Virus record (IMG/VR): IMGVR_UViG_3300025812_000003
DNA length: 64,000 bases
Strand: one strand, 5' to 3'
Source of the DNA: a virus
The position numbers were made by a program, and so were the translations under genes. The stretch's first letter is position 1; each line of letters opens with the position of its first letter. Shown piece by piece: positions 54,044 through 62,860 of this stretch. The notes under the pieces were generated by a model, which was not told where the DNA came from, did not search any database, and saw nothing but the letters and a program-made list of their open reading frames with translations.

Positions 54044-54625
54044 TTACTCCTTGGGCGCGGAGCCCGGGCCGCCTTCCCCGGCCTGGGGCCCAATCCAGTT
54101 AAAGATGTCCCCGAAGGCCGGAAGGGAGGCCGGAGAGGATTCCCCTCCCAGCCTCAGTATCCCGAACTCCTTTGCTTTCCTGGCTTTCTCCAGGGCCACC
54201 TTTGCCAGACGGACGCGGGCGACGCGGGCGTCCTTCCTGGCCCGCTCGACCTCCTCCTCCATGCGGACCGCCCGCTCCACCTTCTCCCGGCTCAGGGCGT
54301 TTATCCTGGACAGGGAGGCGCTGGCCGCCGACACGGCGGGAAGGGCGGCCTTCTGGTCCTCCTCGTCCATATTCTCCATCAGCCTGGAAAGCCATCTCAT
54401 CACGGTCCGCATGCTTCCCAGGGCCTGGACGGAGCACCCCATCTGCGTGTATACCCTCTGCGAGTTGAGGCGCAGGAGGGCCCTCTTCCTGGACACCTCC
54501 GTCTCCCCGTCGTCGTCCGGGTTTATGTCCACCCGAAACTTAAAAGGGAGCTCGCCCGACTTGAGCCCGAGCTGCTTCCTGGTCCTAAACCTCGGGCGAT
54601 TGCCCTTTTCCTTCGCTTTGTCCAT
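54044..54625 (-). CDS. Hypothetical basic coiled-coil protein upstream of portal
   Basis: ATG 54625 (MDKAKEKG). Confidence 0.55.
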   Translation of the reverse strand: MDKAKEKGNRPRFRTRKQLGLKSGELPFKFRVDINPDDDGETEVSRKRALLRLNSQRVYTQMGCSVQALGSMRTVMRWLSRLMENMDEEDQKAALPAVSAASASLSRINALSREKVERAVRMEEEVERARKDARVARVRLAKVALEKARKAKEFGILRLGGESSPASLPAFGDIFNWIGPQAGEGGPGSAPKE

Positions 54626-54815
54626 TGAGATGCCTGTAGGTGCTGGGATCGACTCCCGTCCCAAAGCAGAACGGGCAGTCGGGCGCATGCCGGTCGTAGA
54701 TGCACTCCGGCATCACGACGCCCTGTCCCTGGCAATGGGCGCACGGCATTTCCTCCTTGCTCATCCGGTTTGCCAAGTAGACGGCAGCCTTGAACGCAAG
54801 CCGCGAAAGTTCCAT
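54585..54815 (-). CDS. Small DnaJ-type zinc-finger protein
   Basis: CAHCQGQG...CPFCFGTG. Confidence 0.6.
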   Translation of the reverse strand: MELSRLAFKAAVYLANRMSKEEMPCAHCQGQGVVMPECIYDRHAPDCPFCFGTGVDPSTYRHLNGQSEGKGQSPEV

Positions 54816-54824
54816 GCTTCCTCC

Positions 54825-54974
54825 TCAGGGATGCACCCGCAGGGTTCCCTCCAGCCAGAGCCTGACGAAAAAGGCGAGGGCATGGCCCATGGCAATGGAG
54901 GCGGACACGACGACGATCACCACCCCCGTCGCAAAGGTCAGGGCAAATGCTTGCTTGCCATCGCGCCCCTGCAT
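54825..54974 (-). CDS. Small membrane protein
   Basis: ATG 54974 after AGGAGG; hydrophobic helix. Confidence 0.5.
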   Translation of the reverse strand: MQGRDGKQAFALTFATGVVIVVVSASIAMGHALAFFVRLWLEGTLRVHP

Positions 54975-55021
54975 CGCCGTGCTTCCTCCTTTGGCCCCTA
55001 ATACAGGATTGGCAAAATCAA

Positions 55022-58000
55022 TCATTCCTTCTTCTTGAGGAACTTGTCCGGTATGTGGTCCAGCATGGCGTGGATGCAGAACTCCTCCCCGTTCAGGAGC
55101 CTGACCCACATGGGGTTGGGGCCCTTTCCGATGATTATGCTTAGCTGCCGGTCCCTTCCCCCCCTCAAGTCCCCGAGCTCGAATACCTTGGTTCCCGGTG
55201 GCGGGCTTATTGGGATGGGCTCCGGCGCTGCGGAAGGGCTGCCTGCTGCGTCCGCGGCGGGCTCGGGGATGGTAGGGACGCTCGGGACGAGGGGAAGCGC
55301 CATTTGGGGCGTTTCGAGGGCATGTCCGGCATCGCAGGCCGAGGATTCGGACATTCCCGGGGGAGGGGGGATGAAGAAGGCCCCGAGCATTTCGGGGACG
55401 GGGCGCTGTACCTCGGCGTCCAGGGGGAGGGAGCCGAGGGGCCCGAACGACAGGGCGGCGGGGTTGCGGTCGGCGAGGCCAAGCCCGTTCCTCGCCTCGT
55501 ACTGTTCGAGGGTTTCCATCCCGTCTCCCTCGTCGTCCGGGACCCCGTCCAGCCTCCAGAACTCGTCCAGTTGCAGGGCAACCAGCAGGGCGGCCCTCAC
55601 CGCCTTGGGGTCGGACTGCCTCGCCTTCTGCTGCCCGTCCTTCCTCCAGAAGCAATGCCATGCTGCGGCGTAGGCGCGCTTATGCAGGTTTTCCTTGAGG
55701 AAGGCGTCCGCCCTGGCCACCCTGCGCTCGTCCCCCGAGGCTATGGCCTTGATGAGGTTCCTGACGGTGCCCGCCTCCCATCCGTCCGGGAGGTAGTTCG
55801 CAATGGCCTTGATCTTGGTCCAGGCGACGGGGACGTGGTCGTCGTCGCCCGTGACATGGTGCTCCACGTCCCACGAGATGCCGTATTCGGCATCGCATTC
55901 GATGGGCACGGGCCACTTCAGCCTCTCGTGGAGCTTGCGGAGCTTCATGATGCGGGTGACGCGGGGAACGACGAACGGCACGTACTCGTCCTTGACGGAG
56001 AAGTCGATCTCGTCGTGGACCGACACGTGGAGCATGATGACGGACTGCACCGGGGGGTCGGACTCCACCCATGTATGTATCTTGTTCAGGGACATGCGCA
56101 TGAAGTCCCCCGCAAGGCCCTGGAGGGGGGCGTTGACGCTCACCCTCTGAATCTTGCCCATGAACTTGTTGTAGTCCATGCAGTTGCGGACCCCGGTATC
56201 GAGGTTCTTCCACATGGAGGAGGCGAGGTTGAAGTACTCGCTCCACGCCGAGTCCCCGGCCACCTTGAGCTCCTCGGCCTTCCTCATCAGGTCCCGGTAC
56301 TTCCAGTAGTTCTTCCGCTCCTCTTCGTTCGGGACGTGGAGATGTAGGGCATCCATGGCGGACTGGAAGTTGATGACGCGACCCGTGACGGTGGTGCAGA
56401 GCAACTGGTCCCGGGCCATGGCCTGCTTCTGCTGGCAGAACGCGAAGAACACCGGAACGCCCTTCCAGTAGTTCTCCACCATCTCCTTCGCCCGCTCCTT
56501 GGTGATGTTGGGGTCCTGCTTCCGCATGTTCTCGTAGATGGCGTACTCGGTGCCGCCGTACAGGAGGGCAAAATTGATGATCTTGGCCAGGTCGCGGAGC
56601 TTCTTGCGGACTTCCTTGGGGGTCCTGGGGTCGTTGAACTCGGGGAACACCTTGCTGGCCGTGAGGGAGTGGAAGTCGCCTTTGCCTTCGAGGAACTCCT
56701 TGATGAACTCGGGCTCGCCGGAGCAGTTGGCGGCCGCCCGCATCTCGATGTTTCCGTAGTCTATGGTGAAGAACGTCCAGCCGGGCGGGGAGCAGAACAG
56801 GGCGCGGAGGTTGACGACCTCGTTGGCGTCCATCTTCGCGTCCTCGATGAGGACGCCGAACTTTTCCGCACAGGTCTTGCAGCCGGGCACCAGGCAGATG
56901 GCATATCCCATGTACTGCCCGATGTGGTTGTGGACGATGCCCGGGGCCTTCTTGCGCATCGTCCCGCCGTCTTCCCCGACTTCCCGGAAGCAGGACGGAT
57001 GCAGGTCCTCCTCGGCATGCTCCTCTATCTGGTCCTCCGGGATTTCGTCCGGCTTGAGGACGTTCCCCCGGACCTTCCACATGAGGTGGGGCTCGACCTT
57101 CTTCACCGCCTGGGAGTTGAGCCCGAACCCCCCGTCCTTCTCGAACTCCCCGCCGGCCGACGACAGCCGCCCGCCCGCCACCACGTTCTGCTTGAGGTAT
57201 ATGCGCGCCGTCCCGTCCGCGGGATCGAACCTCAGGTCCGCGGGATGGAGGGCCTTGTAGTCGTTGAACTGCGAGAGGACGGAGAGGAACTCGTCGTCCG
57301 GGTAGAGCTTCTGCAGGTCCCCGATTGCCTCGGCGTCGCAGGATGCCTGGCCCGTGGGGGTCCTCCTCGTCGGCTTCCATCCCTTCACCTCGAAGAACAG
57401 CTTCTGGAGCTGCTTGTTCGACCCGGGATTGAACCTGTCCTTCTCGAAGACCTCGCCCTCGTCGGTATGGGGCTCGGGGTACCCCGCCGCTATGCCCAGG
57501 TCGTAGAGCCGCTTCTCCAGGCCCGCGATCTTCTTCTGGTGCCCCCTGACCGTGCGGGCATGGCGCTCAGTGTCTATGATGAACCTCTGCCTTTCGATCC
57601 AGGCGATGGTGTCGACGAGCTCGTGGTCTATCCTGTGGACGGTCCTCCTCGTCCTTGCCAGGGCATGCATCTTTTCCCACAGCATCCAGGTGCAGATGGC
57701 GTCCGATGCGGCGTACCACAGGGCCAGATCGACCGGGACCCACGAGAACGGGACGTAATGGAACTTGAGCCCGTGCTTCCTTTCCTTCTTCTGTTCCGCG
57801 GAGCATTGGCAGAATGCCGTCCCGGTGAGGGGGCAAGTCTCGGCCCTGACCCTGGCGATATCTTCGAGCTCGATCTGCTCTATGCCGAGGATGTTCTTGG
57901 AGACCGCCTTCAGGCCCCCGGCATCCCCCGTGTAGAAGCTCTTGTCCTCAAGGTCGGCCTTGGGGTCGTTGATGTAGGCCAGCACCTGCACGTCCTCGAA

Positions 58001-58600
58001 GAACGGGTAGGGCCTGAAAACGATTCCGAGCGTGAGGCGCATGACCTCGCGGTCGAACTTCCCGTTGTAGAAGACCAGATGGCATTGGTCGAACAGCCGC
58101 TGGAGGATTCCGTCGCATGCCGCCCGGTCGAGGACCTTGGCGGCGATGCCGAGGCCGATGTCCTGGAACTCGTGGTTGAGGGGGATGTAGACGCCCTTGA
58201 TCCCATCGGCCGAAAGGCATATTCCGGCGACGTCCGTCTTGACCTCGTAGAACTGCTTGTAGGAGCCATCGGGAAGCCTGCGAAGCCTCACGAACAGGCG
58301 GGTGTCGAGGCCGAGGGTTTCCGTGTCCACGGCGACCACGGGGGACGTATGCCCGTAGAACTCGAAGCGGGGGGCGTTGGCGATTACGTCGTCGGCCCAC
58401 GACTGGAGGGCCTCCGGCGTGTCCAGGATGCAGAAGGCCTTGGTGCTCATCCAGGGCTTCCTGACCTTGGACACCCCCCCTTCGGCGGCCAGGGAGGCGA
58501 GGCGCTCGCGGAACACGCTCCTTATGTCCCTGGGCTTCGTGACCTTCTTCTTGGCCTTCTTGAGGTCCTTGGAGGTCACGTTTTCAAGGCTCGCCTTCAT
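55022..58600 (-). CDS. polA: Family A DNA polymerase with 3'-5' exonuclease
   Basis: Exonuclease motifs VDTETLG, FYNGKFD and YAASDA; polymerase motifs A (IDYGNIEMR), B (RDLAKIINFALLYG) and C (VHDEI). No 5'-3' exonuclease domain. Confidence 0.95.
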   Translation of the reverse strand: MKASLENVTSKDLKKAKKKVTKPRDIRSVFRERLASLAAEGGVSKVRKPWMSTKAFCILDTPEALQSWADDVIANAPRFEFYGHTSPVVAVDTETLGLDTRLFVRLRRLPDGSYKQFYEVKTDVAGICLSADGIKGVYIPLNHEFQDIGLGIAAKVLDRAACDGILQRLFDQCHLVFYNGKFDREVMRLTLGIVFRPYPFFEDVQVLAYINDPKADLEDKSFYTGDAGGLKAVSKNILGIEQIELEDIARVRAETCPLTGTAFCQCSAEQKKERKHGLKFHYVPFSWVPVDLALWYAASDAICTWMLWEKMHALARTRRTVHRIDHELVDTIAWIERQRFIIDTERHARTVRGHQKKIAGLEKRLYDLGIAAGYPEPHTDEGEVFEKDRFNPGSNKQLQKLFFEVKGWKPTRRTPTGQASCDAEAIGDLQKLYPDDEFLSVLSQFNDYKALHPADLRFDPADGTARIYLKQNVVAGGRLSSAGGEFEKDGGFGLNSQAVKKVEPHLMWKVRGNVLKPDEIPEDQIEEHAEEDLHPSCFREVGEDGGTMRKKAPGIVHNHIGQYMGYAICLVPGCKTCAEKFGVLIEDAKMDANEVVNLRALFCSPPGWTFFTIDYGNIEMRAAANCSGEPEFIKEFLEGKGDFHSLTASKVFPEFNDPRTPKEVRKKLRDLAKIINFALLYGGTEYAIYENMRKQDPNITKERAKEMVENYWKGVPVFFAFCQQKQAMARDQLLCTTVTGRVINFQSAMDALHLHVPNEEERKNYWKYRDLMRKAEELKVAGDSAWSEYFNLASSMWKNLDTGVRNCMDYNKFMGKIQRVSVNAPLQGLAGDFMRMSLNKIHTWVESDPPVQSVIMLHVSVHDEIDFSVKDEYVPFVVPRVTRIMKLRKLHERLKWPVPIECDAEYGISWDVEHHVTGDDDHVPVAWTKIKAIANYLPDGWEAGTVRNLIKAIASGDERRVARADAFLKENLHKRAYAAAWHCFWRKDGQQKARQSDPKAVRAALLVALQLDEFWRLDGVPDDEGDGMETLEQYEARNGLGLADRNPAALSFGPLGSLPLDAEVQRPVPEMLGAFFIPPPPGMSESSACDAGHALETPQMALPLVPSVPTIPEPAADAAGSPSAAPEPIPISPPPGTKVFELGDLRGGRDRQLSIIIGKGPNPMWVRLLNGEEFCIHAMLDHIPDKFLKKKE

Positions 58601-59286
58601 GATTGCTCATTACTGCCCCGTTCCACTTTCCTGTCGGCAATGGAGGAAAGCTTGTCCTTTCCCAGGGCCCTGGCAAGCTCCAGGGCCGCCTGGAGGTGCA
58701 GGTCCCCGGGGTTTCCCTCGGGGTCCTTCTCCGCGGCGCTGGCGGCCTTTTCGAGGCCGAGGGCGGTGAAGTATATGCGGATGTAGTCCTCCGCGAGCTC
58801 CGGGTCGCGGACGTTCTGCACTTCCCGGCCGGCCTTGACTATGAAGGGCTCCGCCAGGTCCCAGAAGCCCAGCAGGGTTTCCTCCTCGTCCTCCTCGCCC
58901 TCCAGAGGAACGTCCGAGAGGCGGGGGAGCCCCCACTTCTTTTCGAGCCATTGGAGGGCCTGGACGCGGCTTATCTCCATGTACTTCGACGCGAATATGA
59001 CGGAGTCGTAGTACATCTTGCCGGGCGGGCACCCGAAGCAGTAGGCGTCGTTGGTCCTGTTGTAGAGGGTGAAGGAGGGGCGGGAATCCTTGCCGTGGAA
59101 GGGGCAACGGATGACGCTGTCCCTGCGCCCCGTGAGCTCGAAGACCACGTCGTCGAAGCGTATGACGTCCCTGGCGCGCTCCCACCTCTCGGGGTTTATC
59201 CCGTTGGCCCCGGAACGGTAGAGCTTCCGGACGGACTCGCGCTCGAAGTCGAGCTCCTCGATTGGCGGAAGCTGCTCTTCTCCCAT
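58597..59286 (-). CDS. Primase CHC2 zinc-binding domain protein (N-terminal half of DnaG-type primase)
   Basis: CPFHGKDSRPSF......YCFGC followed by D.I.F......AL.WL. Confidence 0.85.
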   Translation of the reverse strand: MGEEQLPPIEELDFERESVRKLYRSGANGINPERWERARDVIRFDDVVFELTGRRDSVIRCPFHGKDSRPSFTLYNRTNDAYCFGCPPGKMYYDSVIFASKYMEISRVQALQWLEKKWGLPRLSDVPLEGEEDEEETLLGFWDLAEPFIVKAGREVQNVRDPELAEDYIRIYFTALGLEKAASAAEKDPEGNPGDLHLQAALELARALGKDKLSSIADRKVERGSNEQS

Positions 59287-59304
59287 TGTCCGACCTGTTG
59301 TGGG

Positions 59305-59613
59305 CTATGCTTTTTGGGCGTTCCCGAACTCGATCTCGAAGCCATCAACCCCTTCGTTGAGCACGCCCACCAAGGTGAGGGTTTCCGCTTGGGTTTTTGC
59401 CAGCTCCCAGAATGCGTCCGAGATTTCTTTCTTTTCCGGGACTTTCCCTACCTCCACAACCTTTGTTGGTCGTTTGGTCTTGAAATCCACATATTCGTCA
59501 GCAAGCAGCTTGTCCGAGAAAGTGACGACGCCCACCGTAGAATCCTTGTAGGTCAGATGGACTTCATACTTTTTGCTGGAGTTTTTCTTGCAGTCAACAC
59601 TTGTAAATTCCAC
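59305..59613 (-). CDS. Hypothetical protein, AT-rich
   Basis: 102 aa, GTG start after GAGG, noticeably lower GC than neighbours. Confidence 0.6.
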   Translation of the reverse strand: MEFTSVDCKKNSSKKYEVHLTYKDSTVGVVTFSDKLLADEYVDFKTKRPTKVVEVGKVPEKKEISDAFWELAKTQAETLTLVGVLNEGVDGFEIEFGNAQKA

Positions 59614-59661
59614 AAATTCCTCCTTTGCCCTTCTTTCTTTTCCATCCCATCTAAAAACGAA

Positions 59662-59862
59662 TCAATCCTCGAACCCGTGCTGGACCGGCGTCCAGGGAGG
59701 AGGGTAGGGTACCGTGCCCTTCCCTTTCATCCATTTCTTGGCCCTTTCCTCGGTGTCGAAGCTGATCGCCTCGTACGGATCGCACGTCGGATACGTCCCG
59801 CGCGAGGCGTACACCGGGCAGGGCGTGGACCCTATGTATTCCACCAGCCATCTGGATATCAT
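59662..59862 (-). CDS. Hypothetical protein
   Basis: 66 aa, ATGA overlap with the upstream gene. Confidence 0.5.
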   Translation of the reverse strand: MISRWLVEYIGSTPCPVYASRGTYPTCDPYEAISFDTEERAKKWMKGKGTVPYPPPWTPVQHGFED

Positions 59863-60155
59863 TCTCCCTCCAGCACCTTTTCGTATTCCAGGAGCAGGGC
59901 CTCCCCCTTGGAGAGGGTTTCCATGAGGCCCAGCATCTCGGTTTCGAGCTTCTTCTTCGTGTCCTCGGCCAGGCGCTGCAGGTCGTCCTCGGAGAGGGCT
60001 TCCGGGGACTCGATGCCGAGCTGCCGCAGGTTGTCGTATACCTGCTTGAGCTTCTGCTCCTCTATCCCGGCGTCCCGGATGGCCTGGTCCCGCTTGCCCG
60101 CCAGGACCTTGACCCTGGCCTGCGCATCCTTCAACTGCTGCTGAATGTCCGCCAT
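59859..60155 (-). CDS. Coiled-coil hypothetical protein
   Basis: 98 aa, RBS GGAGG. Confidence 0.65.
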   Translation of the reverse strand: MADIQQQLKDAQARVKVLAGKRDQAIRDAGIEEQKLKQVYDNLRQLGIESPEALSEDDLQRLAEDTKKKLETEMLGLMETLSKGEALLLEYEKVLEGE

Positions 60156-60191
60156 TTGCCCGCCTCCGCTTTCGCTACTTCAGGTCAATAC

Positions 60192-61505
60192 TCAGCGACC
60201 GAAAACTTTTTGACCTTGTTCGCCGCATACCGGGCACGCCAAATAGCCCCCGCACACGTCGCACTTGGGCCTCGCCGTGCCTCCGGATGCCTTGCTGGCC
60301 GCGGCCCTTCTCCGTTCCTCCTCGGCCTCCCTGACCCCCTGCTCGATTTCCCTGAGCCCCCGTCCGGCCTCCTCAAGCTCCTTCCCCGCCTTCTCCAGCT
60401 CGGATTCCCCGGATTGGAACGCGGCCCTGAGCGACCGGGCGTCCCTGACGGAGCCCGCGAGGTCGAGGTAGTCGACGGCGGGGTTGAGAAACGACTCGGC
60501 CTCCTTGAGGACGGAGCTCAGCAGGTCGGCATGCTTCCTGGGACCTGCCTCCTTCTTCCTCGCCTCCGAGAGGGCCAGCAGGCCGCGGAGGAGCTTGTAG
60601 GCACCCACCGAGGACTCCCATGCGGCCAGGGCCTGGTCCAGGGATGCCCCGAAGCCTGCCAGGAAGGCGATCCTGGAGGCGCAGGCGTGCGCCTGGGCCA
60701 GCAGCCCGTCCTTGCGGTGCAGCCTCTCTGCCCCGGACGCGTCGGGGACCTGCAGGGGGGAGAGGATTTCCCCGAGGCGGCGTACCCTTGCCGCCTTGCG
60801 GAGGGCCTCGGCGACGAAGGACAGCAGGGACTCGCACCGCCCGGCCCCGGACTCGAAGCCGTCCACCAGGACGAGCGCCTGCCCGGACGCCTCCGCAAGC
60901 CGGGCGAGGGCCGCCTTGCGCTCCTCCGCCTCCCTGATCTCCTCGGCCAGGGTCTTGGCCTCGGCGTTGCGCTGGGTGATGCGGAGGTTGGCCTCCTTCT
61001 TTCCGGCGTCAAGCTTTTCCGTGCTCGAAAACGCGCCGAGGACCGCGTTGACCTCGTTGGGCTTCCAGCGCTCGGGGTCGATGAGGAACTGCGCCCTGTT
61101 CTGCTCGGAGAATATCGGGTCGATGGTGGTGCCCCCGACCTGGACCTCCCCGAACCTCAGCTTTTCCACGGGCTCGGGAACCTTAAGCTGGAGGGAGGCG
61201 AAGGGGCTGCCGTCGACGACGTACTTCGAGGATCCCTTGCGGGGGCGGGTGGCCCTTATGACGTGCCCGTCCGTCTCGACGGTGACTTCCAGGGGCCCGG
61301 GCTGCCCGTCCTTGACGAACCCTGCGGGAAGGTCGTTGCGGAGCGCCCCCTTGAGGCTCCGGAACACGGAGCTCTTCCCCCGGTTCGAGGGCCCGACGAT
61401 GAGCGTCAGGCCCTCGATGACCATCGAGAATTCGTCCCATGGCTGGAAGTTCCTGCCCGTCAGCTTCACAAGTTTCCTATGGCGTCGTCCCGGTGCGGTC
61501 GGCAT
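60192..61505 (-). CDS. Rad50/SbcC-like ABC ATPase, N-terminal half
   Basis: NFQ.W..., Walker A GPSNRGKSS, Q-loop SEQN..FLI, coiled coil, terminal CDVC/CPVC. Confidence 0.85.
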   Translation of the reverse strand: MPTAPGRRHRKLVKLTGRNFQPWDEFSMVIEGLTLIVGPSNRGKSSVFRSLKGALRNDLPAGFVKDGQPGPLEVTVETDGHVIRATRPRKGSSKYVVDGSPFASLQLKVPEPVEKLRFGEVQVGGTTIDPIFSEQNRAQFLIDPERWKPNEVNAVLGAFSSTEKLDAGKKEANLRITQRNAEAKTLAEEIREAEERKAALARLAEASGQALVLVDGFESGAGRCESLLSFVAEALRKAARVRRLGEILSPLQVPDASGAERLHRKDGLLAQAHACASRIAFLAGFGASLDQALAAWESSVGAYKLLRGLLALSEARKKEAGPRKHADLLSSVLKEAESFLNPAVDYLDLAGSVRDARSLRAAFQSGESELEKAGKELEEAGRGLREIEQGVREAEEERRRAAASKASGGTARPKCDVCGGYLACPVCGEQGQKVFGR

Positions 61506-62847
61506 CGTCCAAATCTATGCTTTCGCCGGGGACGGCGGCCTCCTCCTTGAAGTCCTCCTCGTCGTCGAGGGGGGCGTACTCCTCGTTGACGATCTTCTCC
61601 AGGGAGGCGATTTCCTCCTGCGGGCCGCTCCACTTGAAGCGCCCGCTGTCGTCCGACTTGATGGCCTCCACGATCAGTGCCCGCAGCTTCCCCAGCACCT
61701 CTGGGTCCTCCTTGACGACGAGCGCCTCGACGAGTTCCGTCTTGCTGGCATAGGAGGCGAAGCCCTCCTCCGCCGACTTGCCGACGAACCACCGCTTCTT
61801 GTCGAACCCGATGTAGCCGTAGGCGCATCCGAGCTCCCGGATGCTCATGTTCTCGTCGATCCCGAAATTGGGGCGGATGTAGATGTGCCCCTCGCGGAAG
61901 CCCATCCCCGTGACCTTGTTCTTGAGCGAGCGCACCCTGACCCGGTTGGCGGTCGGGTAGTTCTTCAGCACGGCCCCCTTGGGCTGGACGAGCAGCCATT
62001 TCTCCTTCTCGTCGGGGATGCTCTTCCATTCCCACGGGCGGACCTCGTTCTCCAGGGTGAGCTCCAGCATCACGCTGGGCGTGAACCTGGCCTCCCTCCC
62101 GCCCGGAAGGGAGTAGATGCGGTTCGTGTAGCTCCACTTGCTGGCGTTGTCGGCATCCTCGTCGATGCGGTCCCTGGTCTGGTTCACCATCAGGAGCGAG
62201 CCATCGTACTCCAGGAGCCACGGGTGCAGCATGTGGTAGAAGCCCTTGATGCCCTTGGCATGGCCCCCGTAGCTGCTCTTGAAGGCCCGCCCGCTCTCGA
62301 AGTCCTTGCGGGGGATCTTGGTCTCCATGTAGGGGATGGAGTCGTTCACGAACAGGCGCACGCCGAAGTCGGCCATGAGCTGCACGTGCCGCTTGATGGC
62401 GTCCTGGAGGCTGGTCGGCTGCTCGAAGAAGCACAGGCTGGGATCCACCCCCAGCGTCCAGGCGTAGGTGGCGGAAGCGCCCGGCTCGTACTCGAAGATG
62501 GCGATGGGCTCCTGCATGACCCTCTGGTACTGGGCGGCGATGCAGAGGGCCGTGGTGGTCTTCCCCGCCCCCTCGTCCCCGTGGACCTGCGTGACCCGGG
62601 CATGGCGGGGGAGGCCCCCGAGGCTCAGGACGTGATCCAGGACGATGTTCCCGTAGGGCACCAGCTCCTCCCTGAAGTCCTTGTCGAGGATGCGATAGTC
62701 GTCCTTGACCTCCTTCCTCGCCTCCAGGAACATCTCGCGCCGCTGGGCGGGGGTCCAAAGCCGGGGGTCCGACGACGGACCCTTCTCCCTGGCCTTCTCC
62801 GCCTTCTTGACCCCTGCCTTGCCCTTTGCCTTCTCCTTGTTCTTCAT
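61477..62847 (-). CDS. recA: RecA/UvsX-family recombinase
   Basis: LDHVLSLGGLP, Walker A GDEGAGKT, FVNDSI, MVNQTR, PGGR..RF, VKNKV-like LKNKV. ATG 62847 after AGGGAGG. Confidence 0.92.
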   Translation of the reverse strand: MKNKEKAKGKAGVKKAEKAREKGPSSDPRLWTPAQRREMFLEARKEVKDDYRILDKDFREELVPYGNIVLDHVLSLGGLPRHARVTQVHGDEGAGKTTTALCIAAQYQRVMQEPIAIFEYEPGASATYAWTLGVDPSLCFFEQPTSLQDAIKRHVQLMADFGVRLFVNDSIPYMETKIPRKDFESGRAFKSSYGGHAKGIKGFYHMLHPWLLEYDGSLLMVNQTRDRIDEDADNASKWSYTNRIYSLPGGREARFTPSVMLELTLENEVRPWEWKSIPDEKEKWLLVQPKGAVLKNYPTANRVRVRSLKNKVTGMGFREGHIYIRPNFGIDENMSIRELGCAYGYIGFDKKRWFVGKSAEEGFASYASKTELVEALVVKEDPEVLGKLRALIVEAIKSDDSGRFKWSGPQEEIASLEKIVNEEYAPLDDEEDFKEEAAVPGESIDLDDADRTGTTP

Positions 62848-62860
62848 GTCAGTTCCTCCC

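Noticed and set aside
54044-54625. Terminase small subunit call for the gene upstream of portal
   Set aside because: Position is suggestive but no recognisable motif supports it, so it is left as hypothetical.
7702-58600. Inteins in the polyprotein, PolA, RecA or portal
   Set aside because: I saw no C/S...HN-[CST] splice junction pairs or LAGLIDADG blocks. The PolA insertions are short Cys-rich segments.
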